From: Oopsacas minuta | Lineage: Eukaryota; Animalia; Porifera | Reading direction: 5' to 3' | DNA length: 64,000 nucleotides | NCBI GenBank assembly: GCA_024704765.1 | Contig: JAKMXF010000055.1 | Location: forward strand, 587,815-651,814 | Part shown: piece after piece, positions 10,612 to 23,025 of the stretch | How the letters are laid out: every line of letters begins with the position of its first letter | Position numbering within the stretch: the first letter of the stretch is position 1 | Made by a program: the position numbers and the translations under genes | Notes under the pieces: model-generated | The model's input: only the letters and a program-made list of their open reading frames with translations | Database searches by the model: none | Told to the model about the DNA's origin: nothing

Positions 10612-12831
10612 CAGGGGTTCTTAACTGGAGGGAATTTCAACCCCTGGGGGTCAATGTGAAGATCTAGGACGCTAAAATATTTCTTATTCAATATAGACTA
10701 TAGAGAAATGTGAATTCTTCAAGGATTCCAAATCTTGATGGACAGAAAGAAAGCTAACTGAACAGATAAATAGCAATCTGGATCCAATTGTATAAATGTA
10801 AAGATAATCAATCTAATGGACATTTATAGCCTTCACTACATCTTAATATATATTAAATTGAACATTATCTCGAAGAGTAGGAGCTGATAAATGCTATTTA
10901 GACTACGATTTCAACTTCATCATTAAGGATGGATTACAAGTTCCGCAATGCGTACTGTTCCAAAACCTTGTCTAAAGGATGCACGAAATCCTTCCAATTA
11001 AAACAGTACTTTGCAACGCAATATCCACAATGGAAAAGAAATAGTTTTTTGAACTTAAAGAGACAGTCTCCTGCGAGTCAAATTTGTTTCAATTGGAAGT
11101 TTCAGAACACTCTATGGCAGTTATAATAGCATCTTATGCCGTCGATTTCCAATCGCAAAGGCCAAAAACTCCCATACAATTAGAGAATCCCTTATGAAAC
11201 GATGCATCGGAGTATGCATTAATTTGGAGCTGGAATTACAGTCAGAAGAGTTAAACAGATATCGCTTTGCAAAGACAAAGTGAAGACAAGAAATGTCGAG
11301 ATGTTAAGCAATATTAAGGATAAAGTAATTCTGAAGGGCAAACGATCTCCTTTCTTTGCCATACAGTTGGATGAATCGACAGACGTATAGAACCTTTCCG
11401 TGATCCTGGTTTTTACGAATTAATGAAAAGGAAATCTTGAAGAGGAAAATCTTTTCTTTCGGCCTTTAAATGGAACTACGAAAGGCGAAGATGTAAAAAA
11501 ACGCTGTGGAGGACTTCTTCAATGACAATGGATTGACTTGGGACAAGTTGACAGGTGTGTACTGATGGGGCACCTGTTGTGCTCGGATTCCTTATTGGGT
11601 ATATTTCTTTAGTGAACGTAGAAGTGTAAATGTCTAAGGTGTTCATTGACGTATCAATAAAGAAGCTCATGCATCCAAACTCTCCCTCATAACTTTAATT
11701 GGCAACTTCAAAGTATTGAAGTTGTGAACGATATCAAAGGATTGGCCTGAATACTCGACCTTTCCGTAGGTATTATGAGTCCATGGAAGCGAAGCCCTGC
11801 GATCTCCATGTTTACACACAAGTACGTCGTCTATGATAAGAAAATATGGTGGTGAAACGCGCGTTTGAATTATTGCAGGAATTGAAAACACTCATCAAGT
11901 ATTATGGAAAACAAGTTTTGCTGGCAGATTTTAATGAAAAGGATCAGGGGAGCCTTGCATATCTCGCGGACATATTTGAGGAGGTGAATGATCTTAATGG
12001 GAAGATGAAAGGGGAAGGGATTGAACATAATTCACTACGTCGATGCTATCAAGGGATTCTTAGCAAACATTCTCTCTGGAAACAAGGATTGAAAAGGGAT
12101 ATATACAACCTTCAGTAATCATTGTAATGTCGTTGGAGAAATGGAAATTTCCAAGGAATTGAAAATGGAGTTTCTGAATCATTTAAGGGATCTGGGAGAA
12201 GTATTCCAACACTATTTTCACGCAGACCTCTACACAAAGCACGTGATAATGTGCATGACGAGGAATCCTTATTGTTGTGAAGGAAATAACATTCGTATTG
12301 AACTCTAAGAAGAGTTTTTGGAGCTCCAAAATGACTCCTCGGCAAGATACACATTCAAAGAGAAAGAATTGCATGATTTTTGTGAGGAAATGACTCTTCT
12401 TTATCCCTAAACAAGGTGATATGCATTGAAATTTTTGTAATCATTCTCTTCAACTTACCTATGTGAGTCTGGATTTTATACACTATTGTTCATCAAAACA
12501 AAACTAGAAACAAATTGAGTGTGGAAGATGATCAACTTTGAGCGCTGACGAATACTGCACCTTCGATTTACTAGTTGGTCATGAAAAAACATTGTCAAAC
12601 ATCACAATAATTGACTAGTATATTCATAGCGATAAAGAATTGCAATTTCATACATTCTCTTTGCGTAGTTAGTATATCGTAATGCAGGAATTATGATGAC
12701 TATAGTGTGTTGATAACAATACAAAATCTCATACCTAGTTCAATATTTTGGAATGCGTAGAAATACAAGGAGAACAATCTTGATTAGGTACCAAGAAGGG
12801 GGAGATGTTCAAATAAGGTAGAGAACTAGTG
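10612..12831 (+). mobile_element. hAT Buster-type element, heavily degenerate transposase (about 10900-12610)
   Basis: Left end CAGGGGTTCTTAAC, right end GGTAGAGAACTAGTG. Flanks CGATAAAA and CCATAGAA match at 6/8 with central TA. Coding remnants YCSKTLS..QLKQYF, FFAIQLDESTD and LAYLADIFEEVNDLN. Confidence 0.82.
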
Positions 12832-13276
12832 CCATAGAATGGGGATTGGATTTTCAAGATCTGGCTCAAACATGGCACCTCTTGAAATATTAAAGATTTT
12901 ACACATTTCAGCTGGACTATTAGGAATCATCGTACTGTAAAGAGACAACCATATTGCAAACACTGCTACATTTTAAGGTGATCATCCCTAGACCTGGACA
13001 CAATATATTTTTGGCGGATATATATAGAAATTGAAAATATATATAGTTCAAATTGTCAAGATATAATTTGACCACTCTGAAATAGCATTGAAAATGATAT
13101 TACCCCAGTAGGCTGACACCTTTGAAATTTCAATACAAAATGTTAAGCAAGTATTTTAGTGAATGAAGCCTATGAAAAGCACTGATAGAAAATACATATG
13201 GTCTACTTAGTACCAAGACAAGGAATTAACTTTCTAATTAAAATACCTAGCCGATGGAAAGTTAACTAATGCTTAC

Positions 13277-13850
13277 CTAGAAACAGTATCAGATTTTCGA
13301 AATTCAGTAACAAGTAGATTTAGACAAGACATATGCAGATATTCCAAAATAAACAAATAATCCTTAAGATAAATTCCTGAGACAGAATGTTCGATTAATG
13401 CACGAAGTTGGCTCGTCAAAATAATTGAACATTCAGGACTAGACTTCAAAATGTCTAAAAATCCAACTATCCAATATTCTTTCTTGTAAGTAGCAATGGT
13501 ATCAATAAACGAATTAGACTTTAACAAAGAAATATATACTGCTTCATTCAAAGTAACTTTATGAATAATATCAATTACAATTCCTGAATAAATGAAATGT
13601 TGAAAAACACATCGAAATCTCTCCGACTGCATAGTGACTGTCTTTAACAATTTAGCCCAGAAATTCACAGGGGCATCAGATTCAACACCAAGAATATGCA
13701 AACATTTTACAAACAAAATAGGGAAATGATTCCTCAAGCGGAGAATCGTATAAAAGAAATTTCCTTCAGAAGAATGCCCATTAACATAATCCAAAGATAA
13801 TCTGTGAAGAATAAATCTGATAGTGAGAGCCACAGATTTAAACGAGTAAT
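13277..13850 (-). CDS. probable internal coding exon of an unidentified host gene (574 bp)
   Basis: The stop-free frame (ORF 13273-13869) is bounded by a TTTTTTTTAG acceptor at 13851-13860 and an AG|GTAAGC donor at 13276 on the minus strand. Length fits phase 1 to phase 2. No family recognised. Confidence 0.5.
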
Positions 13851-16800
13851 CTAAAAAAAACATAGTCAAGGAATAAACGGTTAATATAGGGCATTTAGGC
13901 GAAACACAATTTCACATTAGCAATAGATTCTAAAATTGCATGGGTAGGGAATCGAATTATAAGATGTAGTAATTGAAATCTAGGAAAATTAAACAACTTG
14001 AATAGGCAATTACTTGTGGAATATACAACGTGATGCACTAAGGACCTTTGAACATTATTATTTGCAATACAAATCATGAGATAGAATGTCCAGTAATTAT
14101 TTTCGACATTTAACTACTTGAGCGGAATGATTTGGGGCTTAACAAAATTGGGTTAACTCATTTTAGCGAGTGTTCTAGTGTAGCGACTATCTATTTCGCG
14201 AAAATGCAAACTGGCATATACAAATAGGACACTACAATCACCTTAATGAAATATGTTTGAAATCAGCGAAATGATGAGAAAATAACAACATAAATTTCAC
14301 AAAATAATGAAACTTAAGACAGCAAAATGTTTAAACGGTAAATAATTTGTATGTAAATCTATGGGGATGGGGGATCTAACTATACTCATGAAAATTCTTG
14401 AGTCCGATATTTGTGTTGACTTCATTGTTGCTGGTATACTAGATTCCATTGCAATCTAGAGCAGAACACTGCGCATGCTTTTAGTAGCACGTGCAATAAG
14501 TTCATCAAATCTACACGAATTGTCCTCATAGTCTCACCATTCATGATTTTTCGTAATTGCATAACTTGATGCCATAAATTGGAATTTTAAAAGATATACT
14601 AAAATATAGTACAACAAATAATATATGGAGGCACATTATTTGGCAACAAAAATTAATTATTTTAGCAACATAATTCAATGTTTCTGTGAAATAAACTTGT
14701 AAGTCAAATATTATGCAGTAGAATTTCAATTTTTATGGCAAATGAATTCAACTTTCGGAGAAAATAATTCTGTGAAAATTATTATGGTAAACACAAGATT
14801 TGTTTCGCACCAATTAAAACTTAAACATTTCGCCGGAATAATTATTAGAGTCATCTATATGACTCAAAAGGCTGACCACAATGAAATTCGACAACTATAT
14901 CCAATTCCAAAAAGGAAGATGCAATAGGGAGAAATAATTATTACAAAAACAACTGAGGAAGCACGATAAATTAATCAAAACTCTAACTAAGATGTCAAGA
15001 AGGAGAACAAAGCAGAGCATGTAGGGTAATATTACAAGATCAGCCGTCTTCATGCTCAGATTGCTGAAAAATGGTAAAAATAGAGAGTTATGATTCCGAA
15101 TATACGTTTACACATTTGGACACCGGGAGCAGGACGAATGTATACAAGAACTAGAATCAAATAATGACGATTCTAATGAAAAGTTCAGAAATACTGAATT
15201 TAAACCAATTTAAACTATGTAGGAAAGTATTTTACATTATGTTAAGTAATAGATCAGATCTAACATTCGTATTGGAAATACGATTAAGATCCGAAATTAT
15301 AAACATAATAATAAATCAATACTGTGAATATCCATGTGGAAGATTCTCGCTAAGCCATTTCTTACAAGGTATTAAATACCAAGATCCATTAGAAGTGTTT
15401 GTTCAACAAAGGCCTAAAAAAAATTTAAAGGAAGAAGGTGAACCATTCCGAATACATAATTCTGCACATGAATATGTTGAGAATATACTGGTTCTCGAGA
15501 ATTTCATAAGTTCAGATACAACATATATTGAACTAATAACGATTGAGCACTTTAGCGTGCGAGAATGCAAATAACTTTAACCATTGTTCTATTACTTTAT
15601 ATGAAATTTACATCATATATCTTCAAGTTCAGTAGACTGCCAATTAGTCTAAAACTAGCTGGCAATCAACTTGGTGATGCATTGTTATTAAAAGCTTGAA
15701 ACAACGAAAAGAGTATTGTGAATTTTCCGATCAATGGATGAAGAACTATACAAATAGTGTTAGATAAAATGAAAAGAGACCGTTATTTGCAGCACATTAC
15801 ATGAAAAATTGGGTGAAAATCCTTTGGAGAGACACAAATAAAATATGAAAATTTTCGATTGCATATATATTGGTGCAATAGAAAATATTTTCATTGGTAG
15901 TTTAAATCATTTTATGGAGTTATGCCCCTACCTCTGTCTGTCCTTAGAAAACCGTATTTTTTCGTTGATTAGCAATTTATATGCTAAAGCTCAGTCATCG
16001 GTCTATTTTTGAGTACGATTAACCGATACTTACTCTAATATTTAGCTATAAGTCTGTTTGAATGGAATATTGTACCAGTATATTGTGATTCCAATGATCT
16101 TTGTCGACAATAGTACAAGTGTTTCATTCGACACAAGACATGAGCTAATAATGAATTTCACGGATGTGAGGTCACTTAAATCACTTTCTATCACCTAACT
16201 AGATGGATTTAGGGGTAGACACAAGATTCCTAACATTGTCAACATTGCTAATGAAATATGGTAAATATTCTGTGGACGTTGGACAGAATAATTTTGGTCC
16301 CTTTCAAACATCAACAATTTTCTTCAACAGTTCATTACAATGTTACATTTATATTTTATACTAATATTATGTTACTTCAAGATTCTAATACACATACATG
16401 GTGAAATATTATTCAATTACTATATGAAGATACTATAAAGTAATTTCAAAATGCAAGTTTCCTTAATTACGAAACTTCTAATAGACTGCGAGATTATTTC
16501 TAGAATCTCCTATTACCGGTTTAATATCTATTTGTGGTGGCAATATCATAAACTATGAAGCAATTTCATTTTGCATGCACTTTCCAGGTAGATTACCTAT
16601 AGCTCAAAGGCCTATAATCTCATTATGGTCGTGTGACATACATAAAACTCCTTACAACTTATTCAATTTTTAAAGATCATTGACTATGTCATAATGCATG
16701 GAACATAACTAAATTTAGAATTATAAATAGTATGCATCAACGTTATTGTTAGAAAGTGCGCTAAATCCAATATTCGGCTATACTACTCATTATGTCTTCA

Positions 16801-17497
16801 TTTCATCAGCAAGCTGTTTGTCGAATATGCTCATCCAAAATCTGGGTTCACCAATCAATAGATATTACCAAATATTCATCAATTATCTAATTGTGGTATG
16901 ATACTGACATCGGTTATGTAGCACAAATTCTCCACATATTATTCCTTTCTTTCCAACAGCACTGTGCAAATCATGTATTTCAGATCTTGACAAGCTTGAA
17001 GTTGGAACTAAGAAGGTTAAACCAACTGGTATTCTCCTCGATATCTCCCCAACATTGATAACAAGGTGGCATCATCCGAACAATTGTCTTGTTTGTAAAA
17101 TATTGAAGGGTCAAAAGGGAATTAAAAGGAAAGCAAACCCCATAGCAAGTTCAATATTTCCAGCGAAATTGCAACCATCCAGTTTGCAAAGAAATAAACC
17201 TAGAAAGTGTCAGAAGTGTTTGTCAGCCTATACAGTTCATATTTACAATAAACGTAATTCAGTGCAAAATTTTATAATTAAATTGGAAAGAAAAGGACTC
17301 TGTGAAGGAGTGGTGTCAAATATGCTTCGCACATGAGCATCATCCACCATGTAAACGCAATTGCACTATTTGGATAAGGAAAGATGCCGCTGAGTAAAAT
17401 TACTGAATTATAGCGAGGTTCCCAAATCCAATATCATACTCAAAATGAAATATTAGACCTTCAACGCAACCTCATTTGTGAAATGATGAACTACATA

Positions 17498-18838
17498 CAG
17501 TCTGTTACATATTTATTTAGAATTGTTACTTATGCCGAAAATTATTAGAGTTACAGTATACATTGCCATATATACCCCAAATTGAGAGTGAAGTAATAGA
17601 TCTTAATAATTATTAGAATACCCGTTGCCCTCTACTACTAGTCGGCATCTTCTGGGCATTGATTCCCAGTAAGCTTTAAGAAAATCTGGTTGAGTACGAT
17701 TCCAGACCGCTTCTAAATTGAGTTTCAGTTCTGGAATTGTCCTTGGGCCTAGCTTAAGTATCTCTCGCTTTACCCATGCGAATAAACTTTAATGGAGTTA
17801 AGATCTGGACTTTGTGAAGGTCATGGAATCTGATTTGGTACATTTTGTGCCAACCAGGTGCGAACATTTTGCGAGGTGGGTTTTGGAGCATTATCCATCG
17901 CCAATCGCTAATGGCTTTCATGATATACCTGTGCCTGAGTTATCAAATATCCTTCCATTATATCTAAAAACATTCCACTGTTCATATTGTTAGTGAAAAC
18001 GCACAATGGGAATGCACCCATAGATGAGAATGCATCCCACACGTGTATCTTTGGGACATGCTTCGTTGTTGGGGCGATCCTTTTTTTGTTGGATTTTGTC
18101 CACATGCATAATCTTCCCCTTGAGAGCCAGATTGACATCTCGTCAAGAAATATTGTTTGGGCCATTGTTTCTTCGAGTAGTTGTACTTTTTTGCCCATTC
18201 TATCCTGTACATGCGATTTTTTCACTCAGCATAGGGATCTGAACAGGGTAAGGTTTGTTGTAAGATTTGTCCTTCAACACTCTCCGGACAGTCTGATAGG
18301 AAGCCTTATTACCTGTATGACTTGTTAATGTTCGTAAAGAGAGGTAAGGTTTGCATCGTACCCGGTGAAGAATAGACAATTTGATAGAAGATCGCAAGTT
18401 ATTGGGTCTCCTTGCGCCCTCTTGGTGAGATAACGATACACCTTCATCTAATCGGCGTTTAAATTGTAAACTGTAGCTAAGGAAATTCCACAATTAACAG
18501 AGATTTCCTTGGCCAAAAGCTTCCCGGATTATAGAAGTGTCTTCACAATTTCCCTCTTCTCGTATTGAGTCATTTTCAGAGCTGATTGTCAAGTAGGGAA
18601 GTAATTAAGGTAAATAATAGTAATGGAAGTCAAAATGAATATTACATGAAGTCATAATTAATATTAAGAGTAAAATTTCCGGAAAAACTAAGATAATCAC
18701 TTGATTCAAGGAATTTTAGCAAATTATATCATCAAGCCATTATGGGCAGCGAAACACAAGTAGCCTGAGTGAAGTAAGACAAAGTACTGAGGTTTTGTAA
18801 CAAAACATCTCCATTCTAAATAATTATGTAACAGACTG
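17498..18838 (-). mobile_element. Tc1-like transposon (1341 bp), transposase frameshifted
   Basis: 26-bp TIRs CAGTCTGTTACATA(T/A)TTATTTAGAAT match at 25/26, with TA at 17496-97 and 18839-40. Motifs IFLDEMSIW, KIHVWDAFS and MDNAPK. Confidence 0.93.
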
Positions 18839-19053
18839 TAGCATCTGTCAATTTATAAAACGCAAAGGGCTAAGTACAGAAAAAACTCAAATTACACAAG
18901 TCTTGAAAAACAGATGTAATTGCTCTTTTCAAATTAGCTATCGTCGAACTCGAAGACAACAATTGTGACAAATCTTCACCTGAAGTGATCTATTGTAACA
19001 ATATTGATCAGCCTTTGAAACGAGTGGAAGAAATTCGTGAAAAAAAACATCTT

Positions 19054-19098
19054 CCCATCCTGGCGTAATCGTTATGGTACCGATCACGCCAGGATGGG
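19054..19098. repeat. GC-rich hairpin, 18-bp stem (one mismatch), 9-nt loop
   Basis: CCCATCCTGGCGTAATCG-TTATGGTAC-CGATCACGCCAGGATGGG. Confidence 0.85.
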
Positions 19099-20155
19099 TT
19101 GAAAGTTGTTCTCAGTCCTATACACGCTATACAATATGTTGATAGTATTAAGGGTGCTCTACTAGTTGCAGTAGCGAACTGTAATATTCAACAGATTATC
19201 GGACTTCTAGATGTAACCTTAAGTCACCATACTCATGTTACAACATGTGATTTAAAGGTCTTATGTCAAATTCGAGGAATCAAAGACGGAAATGCTCGTT
19301 ATCCTTGTCTATATTGTCTGTATAACAAAGTGAGTGGTGAACCTGGAATTTGCGAACTGGTAGCCAGTTTAATGAAATGTAGACTAAATTCAATGAATTG
19401 CATAAATGCGCTCTGCAGTTTGCTAAGAAAGCGGTGGAAATTACAGACCCACTTTTTCTAAACTTAGAGAATCCATCACATTCCTTTCTTTTTAGGCTGT
19501 ACATGGTAGTCTTGGTCTTCGGGAAAAACTGTTGTACAGAATACCTATGAAGCTCTTAGGAAAAGAGGAACATACAAGGTTGGACAGTCATTTATCATTC
19601 CTTTTGTAGGGACAAAACAACAATATCATGGAAATCATATATTGGTAACAAATAAAGTTCATTGACAGTTTTAGTCAACTAGATCTTTGTGGATTTCCTT
19701 CCTTGAACCTCTGATACCTGTTTTAGTGTCGGCAAGTAACCGAATCCACGAAGTATTTGGCAAAATACTTGGCAATTGTGAAATTGGTGTTGAGCGGGAA
19801 TTGGAAGAGATGCGCTACGAAATCATATTCTATAATGCTCTTAATTAGCGCAGATAATCTAACACCTAGTACAAAACTCCATATACTGCTGACCCATTTA
19901 GTATAATTCTTATTGCTTGTGAAACTGGTCGTCCAGATTCACAACCTTTTGGTTACGGATATCTCGAAGAATCAGTACATGAATCGTCTATTCACAAATT
20001 TAAGGAACACATAATCCGTTACAACGGCGTTAACATTCAGTTAAGAAGTGAGTTCAATGCACAGAGTATTGGATATTTGATAGAAAACATGGAGAAAGAT
20101 AACCTCGCAGTATAATAAAATTTAGAAATTACAGAAACTCGCATTTTGAAAATTA

Positions 20156-21479
20156 CAACCGGCGTTCAAAAAGTTCCCGAGGCTACTTCAGATTTTGTAC
20201 CTATACAGAATATACATGTACAAATGCTACATTTTCTCGAAAAAATGACCAATAACGTCCATACTCGTTGTAGACGATCTAGCCCATTAAAAATACATAT
20301 TATAGCCTCCAAGTGGTATTTCTCTTAGGATCTACAAATTGTGTCCTCCAGGTCGATTCTGATATCAAAATGCCTGCTTGCAGGGATGCATTTTCAACTT
20401 TGCAAAGACCCAGAAATCACAAGAAGCGAAGTCAGGTGAGTAGGGTGAGTAATCTAGATCATCAACTCTCATTCTATCCAACTCTGACTTTATGAGTTTA
20501 TATTTATCTGGCCATGTATTGTCGTGAAATAATCACATGTCCTGCGGTCCAGACATTGACTTCCGCTCCCTGTAATCTTTCTCTACTTCTGGACGGCAAC
20601 TGTTGGCATAAAAGTCCCAGGTAATTATCTTCCCCTTTGGAAATATAATCTGAGCAACTGGGTCATATCTACCAAAGAAAATTGAGTACAGGAACTTAAG
20701 ATCTCTGAAGTCATGCATAGGATTGAGAGGAAGCGCCACATATTTTACGACCCGTACCATATTTCTTTCTTTGGATAGTGGCTCGTCGTATCTTATCCAC
20801 GTCTCGTCATTAGTAATGATTTCTGCCAGCCATCTTTGATCCAAGTCTATATTCGAAGAGCATTTCTTGCACAAGTTACCCGACGGTCCTTTTGGTCATT
20901 TGTAAGGGAATGCGAGATCCTCCTAGAACAAATTTTGCTAACTTTCAGCCCATCGATAAGTATGGAATGAACAGCTCCCGTTGAGATTCCTACACTCATA
21001 GCTAACTCCCCCACAGTGATATGAGGATCTTCTTCCACTTTCCAGCGAATTTCTGAGGTGTTACTGCTAGTTGTGGCGGATCTGGGACGCCCGATTCGTT
21101 CCCCATCTTCCAGCGACTTTCGTCCTTCTTGAAACCGTTTGCCCACTCCTTACCTGTAGTATATGAAAGGCTAGCATCTCCATAAACGAATTCCAAGGCA
21201 ATGAGAATATCCTTCTGGCCAACACCAAGAAGCCTTCGAATTTTGATATAGGATATTTGCTCAATTTTCATATTAAAGCAATAAATACTGAAAAATACAA
21301 AGATAGTCAAAAACTGAGAAATTTGAAATAATCGTAACTGGAAATCTATCGACGATATGGTGAAAGTTAAAGGTACAGGATAGATATGAAATAAGGTTCA
21401 TTATGAATACAGATAAGTGATATAATATCCTAAATCTTCAATTCTACGGCCAAAGTCAAGAACCTTTTGATGCCCGCTC
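20156..21479 (-). mobile_element. mariner family B (1324 bp), degenerate transposase (about 20230-21280)
   Basis: TA flanks at 20154-55 and 21480-81 with diverged TIRs. Motifs LEDGERIGRP, IITNDETWIRY, LFHDNT and YSPDFASCDFW give a D,D,D triad. Confidence 0.85.
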
Positions 21480-21779
21480 TACTATGTAGAATATTCATAT
21501 AGTAATTGAGTAAGCATTCATGGTGCAAGTGTATCAGAAATTTAAAGTAACATAATATTAGTATAAAATAATTGTAAAGGAAGAGTCGAAGTGAGTTGCT
21601 CAATACAAAAAGTGGGCCAAAAGTTATTTTGTTCAACATACACAGAATATCCCTCACATTTCATCAATCAACCTTCACAATGTTAGGAATCTTGTGTGTA
21701 CCCGTAGGTCCATCTAGTTAGGTGCTAGAAAGTGTCTTAAGCCACCTCTACACCCGGCAAATTCATTATTTACCCATGT

Positions 21780-22300
21780 TTTGTGTCGAATGAAACACTT
21801 GTACTATTGTGGACAAAAATCATTGGAATTCCAATATACTGGCAAAATATTCCATCTCCTGGATTACTTAATCTAAATCAAAATTGGTTGCCCTCTTTCA
21901 ATTCGAAGGAACGTCATCACTCTCTTCGTCAAGATAACGCCTTAATTCAAATTACTCTAACAGAGTCCCTTTGTTCATTCAGTAATTTGCTAATGACTTC
22001 GAAGGATTCGGGAAAATTTGGATTGTCTAAGCAAACCTTCAAAGCCTTAATACAGATCAACCATGCCATCTCTGAATTATCTCTTGACTTACTAGCAAGG
22101 CTATAATTATGTATTAACTGGTCGTTTGCAAAGTGATCTACTTGAGAGGAGGATTTTCATTATCGAAAACTGAGTGGTGGACGCTCCTTGGTCGGAGCTG
22201 ATGAGATCCTAATCAATAATTAAGTTGAAACCACTCCTAAAGCGAAATATTAACATCATTACTTTGCAAGGAACACGCTCATTAATAATTACGATAGTTA
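21780..22300 (+). pseudogene. P-element/THAP9-like transposase, C-terminal fragment
   Basis: GLSKQTFKALIQ..YVLTGRLQSDLLERR..YRKLSGGRSLV resembles the P-transposase YxLxGxxQxDxLExxFxxxRxxxGG motif. Confidence 0.72.
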
Positions 22301-23025
22301 AATACAGAGCGATGTTTATCAACAAGTAGTCGTTTACATCACAAGGTATACGTATATCTTTTAAGCTATAAGAACATACTCACTATCCTGCCTGTTTGAG
22401 CTCCTTGAATAACAAAATATTTCCTCTGTGTATGTTAGCAACTTAAATGAAGGTGCTTTAACTCTAGCCTGTACTCATTACATCACTATGTAGTGGTACA
22501 TTTTGTTTACTTGCTGTTTCGGAGAAAGAAATTAGAATTTCCGGATATCCTTGGAAATCACTAGCACATATACTACTCAGTATAGAATCAGTTGAATGGG
22601 ATTCTAGCTTTACTTGCGTAGATCACGGGGAAAGTCAAAAGAAATTGTTAATAAACGCGTTTCCAACATCTACAGTATGTGGAAACGTATCCACATTTGA
22701 ATTTGTAAATGAAAAGTGCATTACAAATTTGGAGCCCTTGTAAATAGAACACATTCATTTACAGTACCACGCGCCGTGGTAATAACAATAGGGTAAGCAG
22801 TTATGAAGATGTCTTCTATTTGTAGTTTAAATTGCAAATTTCCTGGATTTTCGAGGAAATCAACAGCATCGTGAAATTTCTTAATTCTGTACTTTCCTCG
22901 TAGATAGACAATTGATCTGGTTGTGAGGCGCGAACTTTTGGAAGTACACTTCAATTAGTAAGGAAATAGCGTAGCAAATAGGAATTCAGGGTGGATAGAT
23001 AGCAGGAATTGGATTGATGTATATT

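Larger units (their letters stand above)
16792..20050 (+). pseudogene. Chapaev (N-RAG-TP-like) transposase, degenerate, interrupted by a Tc1 element
   Basis: MSSFHQQAVCRICSSK..FPTALCKSC..RWHHPNNCLVCK..GIKRK (Chapa domain), KCQKCLS, then across the Tc1 insertion NDELHSICQFIKRKG, G.DH..GWLKVVLS, TCDLKVLCQI.GI..GNARYPCLYC, STKLHILLTH and EESVHES. Termini not established; the 3' end is approximate. Confidence 0.72.

Noticed and set aside
15164-15574. 136-aa ORF
   Set aside because: No motif, homology or splice-site support that I could establish.
16578-21734. CACTTTC(C/T)AG at 16578 and its inverse ending 21734 as termini of the Chapaev element
   Set aside because: Only about 10 bp of similarity, and the flanks (CATG versus TCTT) do not form a TSD.
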